The notes under the pieces were generated by a model, which ran no database searches, was not told the origin of the DNA, and saw only the letters and a program-made list of their open reading frames with translations. A stretch of 64,000 bases of DNA from Tubiluchus corallicola (Eukaryota > Animalia > Priapulida). The DNA is taken from the NCBI GenBank assembly GCA_030141605.1, contig JAQGDQ010000005.1:1302180-1366179 (forward strand). The letters are read 5' to 3'. Both the position numbers and the translations under genes were made by a program. Shown piece after piece: positions 13,001 through 26,700 of this stretch (position 1 is the first letter of the stretch; each line of letters starts with the position of its first letter).

Positions 13001-16000
13001 CAATCTACTCTTAAAGATATTGAAAGAAATACTATTTTTTCAAAAATAACTTACGTGAAAGAATTATTACCACACAAACACAGTTTCTTGTAACATTTTT
13101 AAACAACCTACTCTTAAAATATTGAAAAACATACTATTTTCTCAAAAATGACTTGCGTGAAAGAATTATTACCACACAAACACAGTTTCACGTTCGCGCC
13201 ACTAGTTCTTCTCGTGCATTTCATCATTCGCTAGTTATACGGGCATTAGCGCCTGCATTTCGAAACGCATTGCACAAAAAACACGTGCTGTACCTCTCAG
13301 GTCAGATGTGTTACTTTGTGACAAACTACAAACGTCCGTCAGCTCATGCGTGAGAAAAGCGGTGAATTTCAAAATTATATTTTTATCTTAAAAATTGACT
13401 AGTTTTAGTATAAAACACTGAATACATTGCACTAGCACCCTAGTTCAATTTTCGCTTTCGCACACACGTGCAACGCGCTCGTGGAATATTTCTGCTGTTG
13501 AAAACTATGTTAGGTTGTAACGTAATCAATAGTTGGACTCGCCCGCCGTTAATTGAGTTTTTCTAATTTATTATTTAATTAGCAGAAACACTTTTGCAGT
13601 ATTAATTGTGTTAAAATGTTTTTATTCGACTTGAAAATGGGGTAGTATATGAAAAGTCATCTTGTCTTCCTTAAACGAGAATGCTGGACAATTTTTCAGG
13701 GCAAACTCTTTTCTAGGGATGCAGATAGTTTTATCATGATTGTATAATCAGACTCTCATTTACGTTCAATATATATGTTTTAGAGAACACGTTACGCATT
13801 AATGACACATTTGTTAGGCATTTTGCATTTATTAACCATTTTTTTATTTGGAATTGTTCGCTTTGAGTAAGCGCGCCGTTGCAGGTAGCAGTCGGTTATT
13901 TGGATTCGATTATTCAGCATAACATAGAACGTAAGTTACGTATTGTAAATTGGGCAAAGGTTTGGCAGTTGAGAATCTCAACAAGTAAATTTAATGTGGT
14001 ACATATAGGTAAGAAAGATCCTGCCAATGTTTATACTATGTCAGGTCATATACTACCTAGTGTATCCGTTCCAGGAGCTCTTGGCATCAAGTTAAATCCC
14101 ACAATATCGAAATTTTTAACAAAGCTTGTATAACTGTGAACCTGTTATTTAGAATATTCGAAACTAGAATTGTTAATGCGCAGCTCATGGCTCATAAGGT
14201 ATATGTCAGACCAATAATGGAATATTGCTCCCCTGCTTGGTCTCCTTCCCATTAGATATGGCAATATAGATATGCTGGAAAACGTCCAAAGATAATTCAC
14301 ACGTAGATATTTCTACAGATGTAGTTTAAACTATGTATCTTACCCCGATATATTTAAGTTACGTCTAAAAATGACTTAGTGGTGTGTTATAATATCATAC
14401 ACAATGAAGTGGATTTAAACTCTGACATGCGACATGTTGTTTAGGCGTTCAATAACCGATAACACTAGGCGGGATCATCTCCTAAAATTATATGTTAGTG
14501 TTTCCAAAATTAGTACTGCTCGTTATTTTTCAAATCGTACAATACTTATAAGGAATCATCACATATAAACATAGGACATCCTTTAGTAACAGCCATGAAT
14601 AACAAATTATAGGGACATGTAAACAAATTTCATTTTTAATATTATTTTAAAATTAAAAATTTTAATTAGACTATTCTGTAATGTTGTATACATCTCTGTG
14701 CGTCTTTTCCTCACCCAATGATAATTTTTATTGACTGATAATGATTCAATGTTTTTATTTATTTTATTGCAGTCTCTTTATATGTGTAAGATAAACGCAA
14801 GCTAAACTTGTTTTGTGTTTAAGGTGATCATTAGCGTAACAAAGCACATATAGGTGAAATTGGAAAATTACCTATAGGTTAAGGCTTGGTCTGGTTGGTC
14901 ATTAATGGTGTTGGTACATTTTCTGTATTTTATATTCAATATCAGCTAAAATGCAGCTTCAAGCTCACACCCGTTTTGTCACGGTTAGGAGACAACTAAT
15001 GTTTGTGACAAATAGTTCATCAAATAGAATATTGCTATAGATCATCGATAGCATATTGTACATTTCCTCCATCTTCCTTTGTCGGCAAATAGCGACTTTA
15101 GCTAATATTTTAATTGTTGTACTAACCCGAGAGAAAATAATTTTTTATTACTACTACTAGGAACTATTTCACGTGGTTCTGCAGGGGGTTAATTTTTTCC
15201 ACCGAGGACGTGCGGGAGAAATAGTGGTAAAAAATTCCGAATTAGGTTTTTTCGCCCATTTTTTGCAGAACCGAGACGTAAAGAAACGTGAGAGCTGGTA
15301 TATTATGTGTAGCGGGAAAGAGTGTAGGACAGGGGTGTGCAAATTATCTGACTAGTCGGGCCACATTAAACATTCCCGCAATTCCTGTAAGCCACATGCA
15401 GTTTGGCCCAGTAGCCAAGTACAGTAGGACCTAATAACGATTTTTTGCATCCTATTTGCGCACATCATTGCTACTGCACTACTACACTCAAAAAAAACTA
15501 TTTTAGAAGTTATTAAAATTTATATTAAAAACTATATATTTCTACTTTTACGACAGATAGTGGTAATTTCATTACAATGCATATTAGTAATGTGTATCAC
15601 ACGGTCTGTGTAGTACAGTGCATATTAATCTGTCTTGTCTCGCTGTTGTTCTTCAATTTTCCTCTTTTTCTTATCCACGTTTCTGATCTAATAGAACTCT
15701 ACATCTGATGAAATGGCCATTGATTGAGGCGTGTACTATTAAGCCGAAGCTGAAACTCAAATCTGGGAATTCCGCTATATCAGGGGTGACAACATTTTTT
15801 CAGCTTGTTGGCTACTTACAAATTGGTCTGCCCAGCCGTCCTTTTGGTCATAGTAGATAGATCATTTTGACTTGGTTATTTTGTAATTTTATTTATAACT
15901 TATTTTGTAAAATACCCAAGTCAAAATGTTGTACCTGCGATGACCAAGAAGACGACTGGACAGATCAACAGGCCCGATAATAGAAGGCTAGAGATTGGCT

Positions 16001-17380
16001 AATTAGTGTTCCTACCAGCCAATCAGATTGCTTCTCGCATTTCTTGCTCATTTGAGCGTTTGAATGGTGGCTTCCGTGATAGTTTGTTGTGTTCTGTTAT
16101 TACATCGGCTTTTGTGTTCCAATTGAGCAACGTTAAATTTCGTCATGTCCGACAGTGACAACCGTCTTGTAAGGATTAATGCCATCCAATCTAGAGGAAA
16201 AAACTACCCGCACTATCTTTGCGATATTGACGCGGACTTCAGCAGGAACGCGTGGGCCGCACTTTTATTACGTCGACAAACCTCTTCGCGGGCCGCACAA
16301 GATCTCTCGACGGGCCGCAGTTTGCACACCCCTGGTGTAGGATGTAGTAGCCATAGTTTGGTTTCCCGTGAAGCCCATGATTTCCCGCAAACAAGCGTTT
16401 CCCTGACCTACCCACACATTCTTTTCGAAATGTTGAGTTCACCCAACACTATATACAGCAGTTGTTCGTGTGGGTGACTTATGTGGTCTTGGGAAGAAGA
16501 GGAACTGAGCTTCACGACGAGATGGGATTCGTCACAGCACAATTACGTTGCAAACTACGAATTACTTGCAGCGCTTGGAGACTGCTTGACGCTGGGAAAC
16601 TGCATGCGCGTGTGTAACTGTGTATCCAATGGTTATGACGTCACCAATTATAACTCTGCCTAGAGATGGTTAAAATTAAGTTAGCTTCGTTACAGATGTG
16701 TAAATATGTTATGTTATCAATTATAAGCAATAAATAACACATCGAGTGCCAAAAAGCTTATTAAAGGTAAATAAATAATAGTTTCTACCTAACGTAGAAT
16801 GCTCACGCATTTCTGATCATTAGTGAATCAGTCTAACAGTGTTTGTCATTTCACAGGTTTTGAGTTTGTACAAAATCCTTTGCAGGGCTTCGGCTAGTAA
16901 CTAGTTAGATCTGATTATTGTAATTATTCCTGTCAGTGTCCACACCTCTGAAAGGTAACAGCTTCATATTTTGCTTGCTTGCTAAAATATTCTTAGTCGG
17001 AAGCATTGTAAATTCAATGTCTTGAGCTTGTGGTGGTTTTTCTTTCAGTACTAAGTAGTTCAACATTAGATTCATTTGCTCAAGCCGGTGAAGGATCTCA
17101 AGAAGAGGGCAGAAGACGTTTTAGGAGGCGCATCAGAAGTGCCGAAAATTCTGATGCAGATGGTAGTGGTTACACTTTAGTGCCAACTCAGCAGACAGTT
17201 GATTCGTTTACTAGTTCAAAAAGTAAGTCGAAGAATTCTGTTTGTTTTCCTATGCTGTACTTATCTGAGATGTGATATGCATTACCCCTGAAAGGCTCCA
17301 GACCAGTAGATTAATTTTCTCTATTATTATTACTGCTGCTGCTGCTACAGTGTACTACTACTACTACTACTACTACTACG

Positions 17381-17436
<56 letters not shown>

Positions 17437-17663
17437 CGCTGCTTGTTGCTGCTGCTGCTGCTACTACTACGATGACTACGACTCCCATTACTACTACCAC
17501 TACCACTATTGCCTACTGTAGCTTGACAAAATGGAAATTGTTTTTCTGCTCATTTGTATTCCTTGCAGCATAGTAGGGCTTTTTAATTTGAAGCTAAATT
17601 CTTCGCCATCTGTAGTAGGATAAAATGAGTTTTGATGTGTAGCTTCTTATACAAAACTGACAT

Positions 17664-17702
<39 letters not shown>

Positions 17703-20700
17703 CAAAATATAGAGATATTTGTAGTGCTACAAGTAACAGCACATTCAGATTAGTGAGTTTTTTCTCCAAGTACACATGTCAAGTAACTCGCAAGGCGTAT
17801 TCAGACTAGAGAGCAAAACTTGTTGCAGTTTACTACCCGCTGATGTTCACTATTCTTTTCCCGGCAAGAGTAACTCACTAGTTCATCAACGTACTGCAAC
17901 TGTCGGAGAGTTTGCAATTTCTTGCTGACAGTAACTCGCAAACCAGTTCACACTTGCAAATTTCTTGTCAGACAAAAAAGTCGCAAGAGACAACTCACTG
18001 GTGTGAAGGCACTGCATTGCAGTGGTACTTGAACTGCTTCAAATACAATAATTTTTGGTCATGTAGTTTTATTATTTTGCTTTGGTAAGTTGTTTTTTTA
18101 ATGTTAAATGTACTGTTAGATAATCCATGGTTGTTGCTTAGCCACATTCTTGAAATGTGTTAATAGTAGCAAATTTATTAATTACGAGGTTTTTTGTTTT
18201 TCATAGACTCAGAAATTCCCTCTACTGGCAAAGTTATTGGTGAACCGGTAGAGGGAGATCCAACAAAAGACATGGGTTGTGTTCTACGTAAGTTTTGTAA
18301 AAAGTCTTCTACGAAAAAAGATGCTCAGAAACAGGAAAATACACAGTTAGAAATAGAAGGCAAAGAAGCTAAAAAAGAAGATATTTCAAAGCAAAAAGTT
18401 AAAAATGAAGCCACTGATGTGGCAAATGAAAGCGTGGGAAAGAAACTTCGAGAAAAGAAAACACCTATAGATGTTTCAACATTTCCTAGTAGTGGAAAAC
18501 ACGAAGTTGCAGGCAGTCTTGAAAAACTGGTTGATAAAGAACTCGTTCAAGAATCTGTTGAGAAAGAATCTGTAAAGCAGTCTTTTGCAAGAACATCTCT
18601 TGATTCACCAATAAAACTTAGTGATACTAAACAGAGTAAAGATGCCAAATTCGGTGTTCCTTGGAGAAAATCTACTCCTACTGCTGCAGTTAATGAAGAA
18701 GTTGCCAAACTGCCTGGCGAAATTGTAAAGCCATCTGATGACAAGAAGGCTGACCAAAATACTCTTAAAGTTATTGAACCTACTGGGAATGACATAGTGG
18801 TCGTGCAGGAAAAAACATATTCAGCTTCCCAACGACCCGTCCAGCGTATTAAATCAGAGAAACCTTCAGATGTCAATGATCACACTAAAGAACAGCTTAC
18901 AGATAAAAAAGATAAAGCTAAATCTGCACCTGAAGAAGATATGCGTACATTACTGAATGAAAAAATAGAAAAACCAGAAAAAACTTTGCAAAAACAACCT
19001 GATAAATCAGTTTTTACAAAAACTGTAAAATCAGAAGAGAAGCCGAAACCTCTGTCATGGAGTGAAAAAGCAAAAGTTGCTCATGAAGCTCTTAAAAAAA
19101 ATGTTGCTAATAAGTCTAAGGAAACACAGGGTATAAACGTTAAAGAAGGTACCAAAAGTATAACATCCGAAAAGGCCTTGTCCTCATCAAAACAAACTTC
19201 TGTGGAAAAGGAGCCGTCCAATTTATCCACTGAAAAAGATGCAGAAGGTGAAACTACCTCGCAACAACAAACATCTTTTTCCAAAGCCCCCCAGCCACAG
19301 ATAAAATCTCAATCAACTTTCAGCAGCAAAGAGTCAGTTCAGAGACAAAAAACTGATCAAAAGCCAGAAGAGGCAAAGCAAAATTCTTTAGCTGTTACAC
19401 GTGAAGTTATGTCTCAACCATCCCAGCAAGATAAACACAAAGAAATTACTAAAGCTGATAATAGTACAGAAAAAGTTGAACATGGTAAAATCGAAAGAAT
19501 AGTTGCAGACACTCAAGTATCTGATGTACCAAGTTTTCAGTCTCTCCAAGACATTCAATTTCCAAAATTAACTGTGAAGCAAGTAGTTAAGGTTGAAAAA
19601 TTCGAAAAGGATATGGGACCTGAACCAGAGTCAAAAATCAAGAAAGTGCCAGAGGCAGCTGGAAAAGAAAGCAAAGAACCTAACCTATCAAAAGTTAAAA
19701 AATCAGAAGGCTCTAAAGTTGAAAAGTCAAATGTGTCTTCTGAAAGTATGTCAGCAACAAAAAAAAAAGATTCCTTTCCAGAAGATAAAACGGCGCAATC
19801 TAGCAAAAAATTGGTACCTGAATCTTCTTCAAAGAAGCTTAAACATCCAGAATCTTTGCCTAACAAAGATTCTCTAAATGAAATGGAGAAATGGGTCCAT
19901 TCTGCTGCGTTTGAACCTTCAACAAAATCTAATCAACCTAACGAACAAAAGAAGGACTCGGGTGCTGAGTCGTCGGTTGGTAAACAGTCTAGTCGTGAAC
20001 CAATCAAACTGGCTCACCATGATGCAAGACCACCGCCATTTATGCAACAGAGTCTTTCCTCTGAAATAAGAAAAATACAGCCACCAGAATTCTTGTCTGG
20101 CAAACACAAAGCTGCCACATTGCCAGCCCAGCTTGAAAACAATGATCAGGTAACTGATGATAGGCAACTAAATAAAGAAAAATGTTCTGTTAGTTAGCTG
20201 CTTAAGTACTATTAGACATGATTTAAAAGAAAAGCGAGAATAAAACGTACATCAGGCAAAAAGCAGCGTAAATGTGGCATTGCAGAGCTTGTCAAATTTT
20301 CTTGACAAGCTGCCATTGTTTATAAAATGTTACTTGTATGACTGCCATGTTTCTTTCAAAAGATTTGTTTATTTTCTGCATTTTATGTTTTGAGACAAGA
20401 AATGTGGCATGTTCAGCAGTTTTGTGTTTGAACTCTCATTGTCTCCCCTTATTTCTCGCTTTTTCTTCTTTGTCCTATTGTTACTGTTATGATTTTGTTA
20501 ATTTGTGATTTTGGCACTTCTTGTTTGCTTTTGTTTTTCATTTAGATTGTTGATATGGTGAAATTGTATTGGGCATGGTTCATATTACTTATGAAACAAT
20601 GTTCAATGTTGTAATTTTAAGAATAATATTTTTTTGGCAAAATGCAAAGGCATTGTAAAGATATGATATTTTTGCATGAGATAACATTGTGCATTTTTGC

Positions 20701-23700
20701 CTGAAACAATATTTTTTCTACAAGTTATGTTGCAGTTTATAATGTTATTCTGAATTAAGTTTCTAATGTGCATATGTATGTGCATTTTTGAATGTTATTA
20801 TATGAATATTATTTCTGGACATCTTTAAATTTGTGGCCAACATTCAATTCCTGCCACTGCTGCTTTTTGTCTGATTGCGTTTACTTATCGCGTTTTCTTT
20901 CTGTTTATGTGTTGAAAAATAGCATGAATTTTAAGCAAAGCAAAGTTGCACTTACCGATAAAGTGCTGTATGTTTTTTCCATTTCATTTAAATAACGTTA
21001 TTGCATTAGATTGGGTGGACATTAAAAATAACAAGAAATATAGGCGTTGTGTAATGTCTAGTCATGTTAGAGTTTATGAATTGCACAGTATTTTATTGTT
21101 TATTATACATTTACTGCATAGTATTTGCTTGTCAGGTATGTGACAGTAGTTTCCAAGATGATAGTACTACGCAGTTTGAAGACGTAGAGAATGTGAGTGA
21201 GTCAACCGAACCGTCAAGTGCTTTTGAATCAGCAGCTTCTGAAGTTGGACTTCAATCGCCTTCTGGGAATGGGAATGATTTTGGGGTAAAACCTGCAGAA
21301 ATTGTCATCAAAACAGAAACTGAAAAGCCAAAAGGAATTCTCAAAGACAGTAGAAAGTCTCCAGAAAGAATGCGGTCTCCTGAGCACGTGCGTATTTCAG
21401 AAGAAGCAAAGGAGGAACAAGGTGATAGACTGTCTAGAAGTCGTGATCGGGACAGTCCTAGATCTATTCTTAAACAAAGAAGCCGCAGCTCTGACAGTGA
21501 AGATGAGCACAAGGAGATAACGTCCATCTTAAAAAGGCGGTCAAGCGCAAGTGATTCTGAGCCTGTCTCAATACTAAAATCACCTGTTACTGTTGGCTCA
21601 TCGCCATCAGATACGCCACCACCGTCTATTTTGAAAAATCGCAGTGATAGTCTGCCTGGTCGCGAAATAGAAAAGCCTGCTTCTATTCTAAAATCGCGTT
21701 CCGTTGATACGATAGATCATATCGATGACAAGCCTCATTCAATACTGAAACAGTCTTCACAGCCCACTAGTCCAACAAAAGAACCTTCTATTCTTAGGTT
21801 TGGTCCACCACCTGCGAGTCCTACAAAAATGACAGGACATGGTATTCTTAAAAAGAAAACTGTTGAGGCAGAACCTGCAACATCTTCTAGTTCTGGTCAA
21901 GATTTCCAAGAACCATCAGCAGAAATGCTAAGTAGTGTTCCCGCTGCACTGGACATCGCTCCATCTGTAGAATCTGTACAAGTGCAAAACCGAGAAGGAG
22001 AGTCATCTGGTGAAGAAGATATTGAGGAACGCATTAGAAAGAGTAAGCCAAAAATTGTCAAAGAGTCTGACCTTGACGCAGCAGGAAAAGAATTGCTGCC
22101 AATTCTGAAGCAGCGTCGTGAATTTGTAGAAGACATCGATCAAGTCTTGGACGAGTCTGACATTGATTCACAAGTTAAGAAAATTAAACCAATCGTTCAA
22201 ATAAAAGATGATGCAGACATTGAGGCTGCTGGTAAGGAACTACAGCCTATTCTCAAACAACGTCGAGAGTTTGAGAAGGAATCTTATTCTAGTTTTGACG
22301 AATCTGATATAGACTATAGGATAAAGAAAATCAAACCTCAATTTGCAGTCAGAGAAGATGCAGACATTGAAGCTGCTGGGAACGAATTAAAACCAATTTT
22401 AAAACTGAGGCGAGATTTCGAATATGGACCCAGTATCGACGAAATTGATATTGATAGTAAAATTAAGAAGTCAAAGGTGTATGTTGAGAAAGAAGACGCA
22501 GACATAGATGCAGCACACCCTGAGCTTCAACCGATATTAAAGCAACGTAGAGAATTTGCTCATCAGCAGTTGAGTGTTGATGAAGTTGACACTAAAATAA
22601 AAAGACATTCGTTATCAGGCAGCGGATCAGATACTGAAGGTGCTGCAAGCGAGCTTGCCGAGCGACTTCGAATCAGACGTGAAAGGGAAGCCCAACTTGA
22701 ACAACAAGCGTCGCAATCTGGAGAGGAGGGTGAACCTCCGACTTGTCCTGTTGAAATGTTGTTAGCTGTGAGAAAGCAACTAAAGCACACTGAAGAATCG
22801 TCCGACAAAGATGAAGAGCAGGACAAAGAACCTTTGTCTATACAGGACAGAATTTTGAGAATGCAAACAAAACTTGAAAGCGGTAAAGCAACACCTTCAT
22901 CATTAAGAAGGTAAATCTTTTTCTTTTATCAGAATTGTTGGTTCTTTAACTGTACTTCTTTTTTAACTTTTTTGTACTTGTAGTTGTTGGCTTTTATTTT
23001 GTTTTTGACAAGATTGGTAAATTCTGCAAACTTAAAGTCAATTACTAAACTAATTAGAGCTTATATATTAGTTAATTAACCTAGCTGTAGAGTAAACTAT
23101 TGTAAAAATTAGTTCAAAGAACTTAAAAAAATGCTTTTTAGAAAAATGAAGTTCCATTGTAAAACACTCCAGAGATTTTATACCTATTGTTCACTTAAAT
23201 ATTATAAACAGGAAAACAAATGTTAAGCTATATTGTTACATAAATATTTAGATTACACCATAATGATCACATAATTTCAGGACGTCGACTGACATTGATG
23301 AAAAATTTGATAAAGTACTGAAAGGTTTTCCAATGGAAACAGATGAACAGTTGCTTACACAACTTGATAACAAGACCAGTCCACCAATGCGTCAACGACG
23401 CTATTTACGTTTTGATAGAAATGGTGACCGTTATCGTACACAGCCGGTAACTCTTGCCGAGAAAACTGTCGCCGAAAGGTACTTCACTCATTATTTATAA
23501 TCATAATTTCAAGATTATCATTAATAGAATGAATGCCTGTGAGCATGATCTAGTAGAAAATATTAGTTTAAGTCTACGGTTTGTTTTCAGAAGATTTGAC
23601 TAATAATTGTGGATTCATAGAGCCATTTAAAGAATACCCGTAAAATTAAAATTGCTTGGTTCTTATTAATTCGCACTAAACTGAAGTATGGTGAGTGATA

Positions 23701-26700
23701 TGATGCCCCTGTCGCATCAGACTCCGACTGTGAAGACCCTGGTGATTAGGGGTTTTGCACGTTCTGGATGGGATCAGCAGTTCAGGAAAAGTGGTAAGGA
23801 TCTTGTACTGACTAGTTGTTTCGGATCCGAGTTCCCAACCCCGAACTATAAATATAATATCAGTAAAAGGCGGTTAAGAAAATTAGTGAAATTTTAGCTC
23901 CACCTGGCTAATATTGATAAATGCAACATGATTCACCAACCCTTACATTCAAACCCTACTTGGTTCTGGCCTTCGCATATTTCCTTTCAGCCAGTATGTC
24001 TATTTTGCTAATTAGTAATTTCAACTAGCAGTCTTGGAATTAAGATTATATAAATTATTTTCATGTCTTTATTTAATGCTGTTTGTTAGCTTAACATAAT
24101 TAATAATTATAGGTGCTTGAGGTCCTGGACGAAAAAATGCATTGATTAACAGGTTTCACCCACACACATTGCATGCCAGCTAGAAACTCATTAAAGGCCT
24201 GCTGACTAAGAAGCACTTTCTGCTTTGGCAAGATATAGATAGGAAAGATATTAGTAGCAGTACTGTGACACAAAAATAAAAATATTTTCAGAAATTGTGC
24301 CAAACATTATTGCAAATACATTCTTCCAGAAGCATCACATTCATGGAGGTTTGAATGCTCTCAATGTGCTGCAAAAATCCAATTCGTGAATCTACTTTAA
24401 ACTACTAAGTGATGAATAACTCGATAAATGGCTCATTCGTCTTTGTATGCCTCAACAACTTGAAAGAAATGTTTTTCAAATTTTATAAATTTAAAGTTTG
24501 GGTTTGGGATCAGGGTCAGCACAGGATGAGATTTTCAGAAATAGGGTTTGGATTGGGACTGAATGTTCAGGAATGTGGATCTAAGTTTGACGAAAGTTAA
24601 AGATCGAGGTTCAGAGGTCAGCAGCCCAGATCCCGAACACTCCTACAGCTTCTCCTCGAAATTCGGCAATCTTGGTTAGATCTCCGAAGATCATGACAAA
24701 ATGAAAAGATTGTTTCTTGCACTCTGAATGAACATAAAAAATTGCTTAATCCACGCTGTCACCGGTCATAGTTGCATAATGCAGACTCGGACAAAAAGTC
24801 CTAAAGTACAACCCAATGCAAGAGCAATGATACAACATTTATAAGGACTTTAATACTGTCGTATGATGACTACACAGATAGTCTGAACTCCAGTACATCC
24901 AAATTGCGCTCCTACAGTATTCTAATTCTATCACAATCTTGTGGCAATAACTTTGAATGTACTCAAAATTTTTCTGTGACCTTGAAGGCTATAATGAATC
25001 CCCATAGATGATCTAACAGAGACCGGGCCAATTTTTAAGATTGCCGTGTGAAGTTTTCCACTGGTGTGACTGGAGCTTAAGACATCAACTAAAACAGATG
25101 TATTTTACATTTGTAAAGGTTTTATTTATTTAACTGTATTGTAAAGATGCACGATGCGTTTTTGTATTTAAATGTGCGTAATGCATTTTTTGTTATATAG
25201 CCCTCAGGATAATAATGAGCAGCAGATCACACCAACTGGTTTGGAATTTAAATCACTAGTGTTGGAAAAGTCTGCCCATTATAATGTCTTTGAGCAAAGA
25301 GAAAAAGAGCTCAAAAAACATCCGCTTCTCGGATTCCCCAGCACGCAGAAGTCTGAATTTCCACAACCGTTCCGGTAATTTTTTCTTTGAGTATCTTCTT
25401 GTTTGGTGATGTGCTACTTATTTTGTAGAATCCGGTTATTTTGTAGAACATTTGTATATATATTTAGATATTTATTTATTAGTGTCAAAATTACATACAA
25501 GACCTACATACAATATCAATCTTGAAATGTACAAAAACCAAGATATATATACAATTTCAGTTATGAAATATGATGACACTATAATTATACAAACAAAACA
25601 AATAGTGTTAGTTATATTAGTTATCTAATGAAAAGTTTAATGATTAGTATTTAAAATAAATTGTCATTCATTGGGCCTCATTTTCAATGATATGGTCATA
25701 ACATAACATTTTTCGTCATGTCTTAAAAGTGCTTTTTCAACATAATTAATAAATGCCATAATTGCTTCTAGATCATTACTTCCCATCAAAAATAAAAATT
25801 TATTCTGCATCGCTCATAAGGAAAAATTCTGGAATAATTACATTGATGTGCTTATATAATTTTTTCTAAGATCATTGTAGTATGGCCATTTTATAACAAA
25901 GTGTAATTCGTTTTCGATTTCATTTCTTAAACAGTATGAGCATATACAATTCTCAGCTATGATTTTTCTAGATTTAATGTACCTCCCTCTTTCAATACAC
26001 AAAGTATGAGAACTGATTCTCAGTTTTGTAAGTTTTGTTATAGCATATTTCGAATAACCACAAAGCAAATAGTTTTCCAGTTGATATTGTTTTTTGAAGG
26101 TTCGATATAGATATAGCTGTACCATAAATATACGATATTAGTTTTGCGACCCACTATGTTGCAAATTAGTTAAAAAATTATCGTTGTTAGCATCTTTACA
26201 CTAATCATCGTCTACACTGGAATGTACACAATACAAATTCCAATCCATGTAGGTAATAGGCATGTACAGTTGTACACTTATATGGCTAAACTAGGCATCC
26301 TGAATGTCTTAGACATGTGCTCACGTCAAGCCTAGATGTATAAGTATCCTATTGACTTGGAGGTCATTAAATATTAAATGTGTAAGCCGAATTAGTAAGT
26401 CATCACATGCTCATGAAATAATGTACAGCATGTAGTGTACAGACCAGTCTATTATGAATGTACACAATCAGTTTCAAGCAGTTTTGCAAAATTACATACT
26501 ATGTGGATATATTTTGGCTATTCACATACTACGTTAGATTTCCTTATAGTTTATAGTGAGATTAGTTGCACGTACATCAAAATATGTGGTTTGTCTCAGG
26601 ACCACAGTTTTATCTAGGTGACTAGTAGACTTTGTGAATATTTGGTGTGTTTAAAATCTGAATCTTTTTACGTTTTATTGTTTGCATATATGCAGCATTT

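Noticed and set aside
16145-16477. 110-aa ORF overlapping the hAT element
   Set aside because: Crosses the TIR/TSD boundary and has no transposase motifs
17272-17475. Poly-Tyr/poly-Leu ORF
   Set aside because: Translation of a (TAC)n microsatellite
18547-22826. Several - strand and alternative-frame ORFs
   Set aside because: Shadow frames of the two giant SVIL exons
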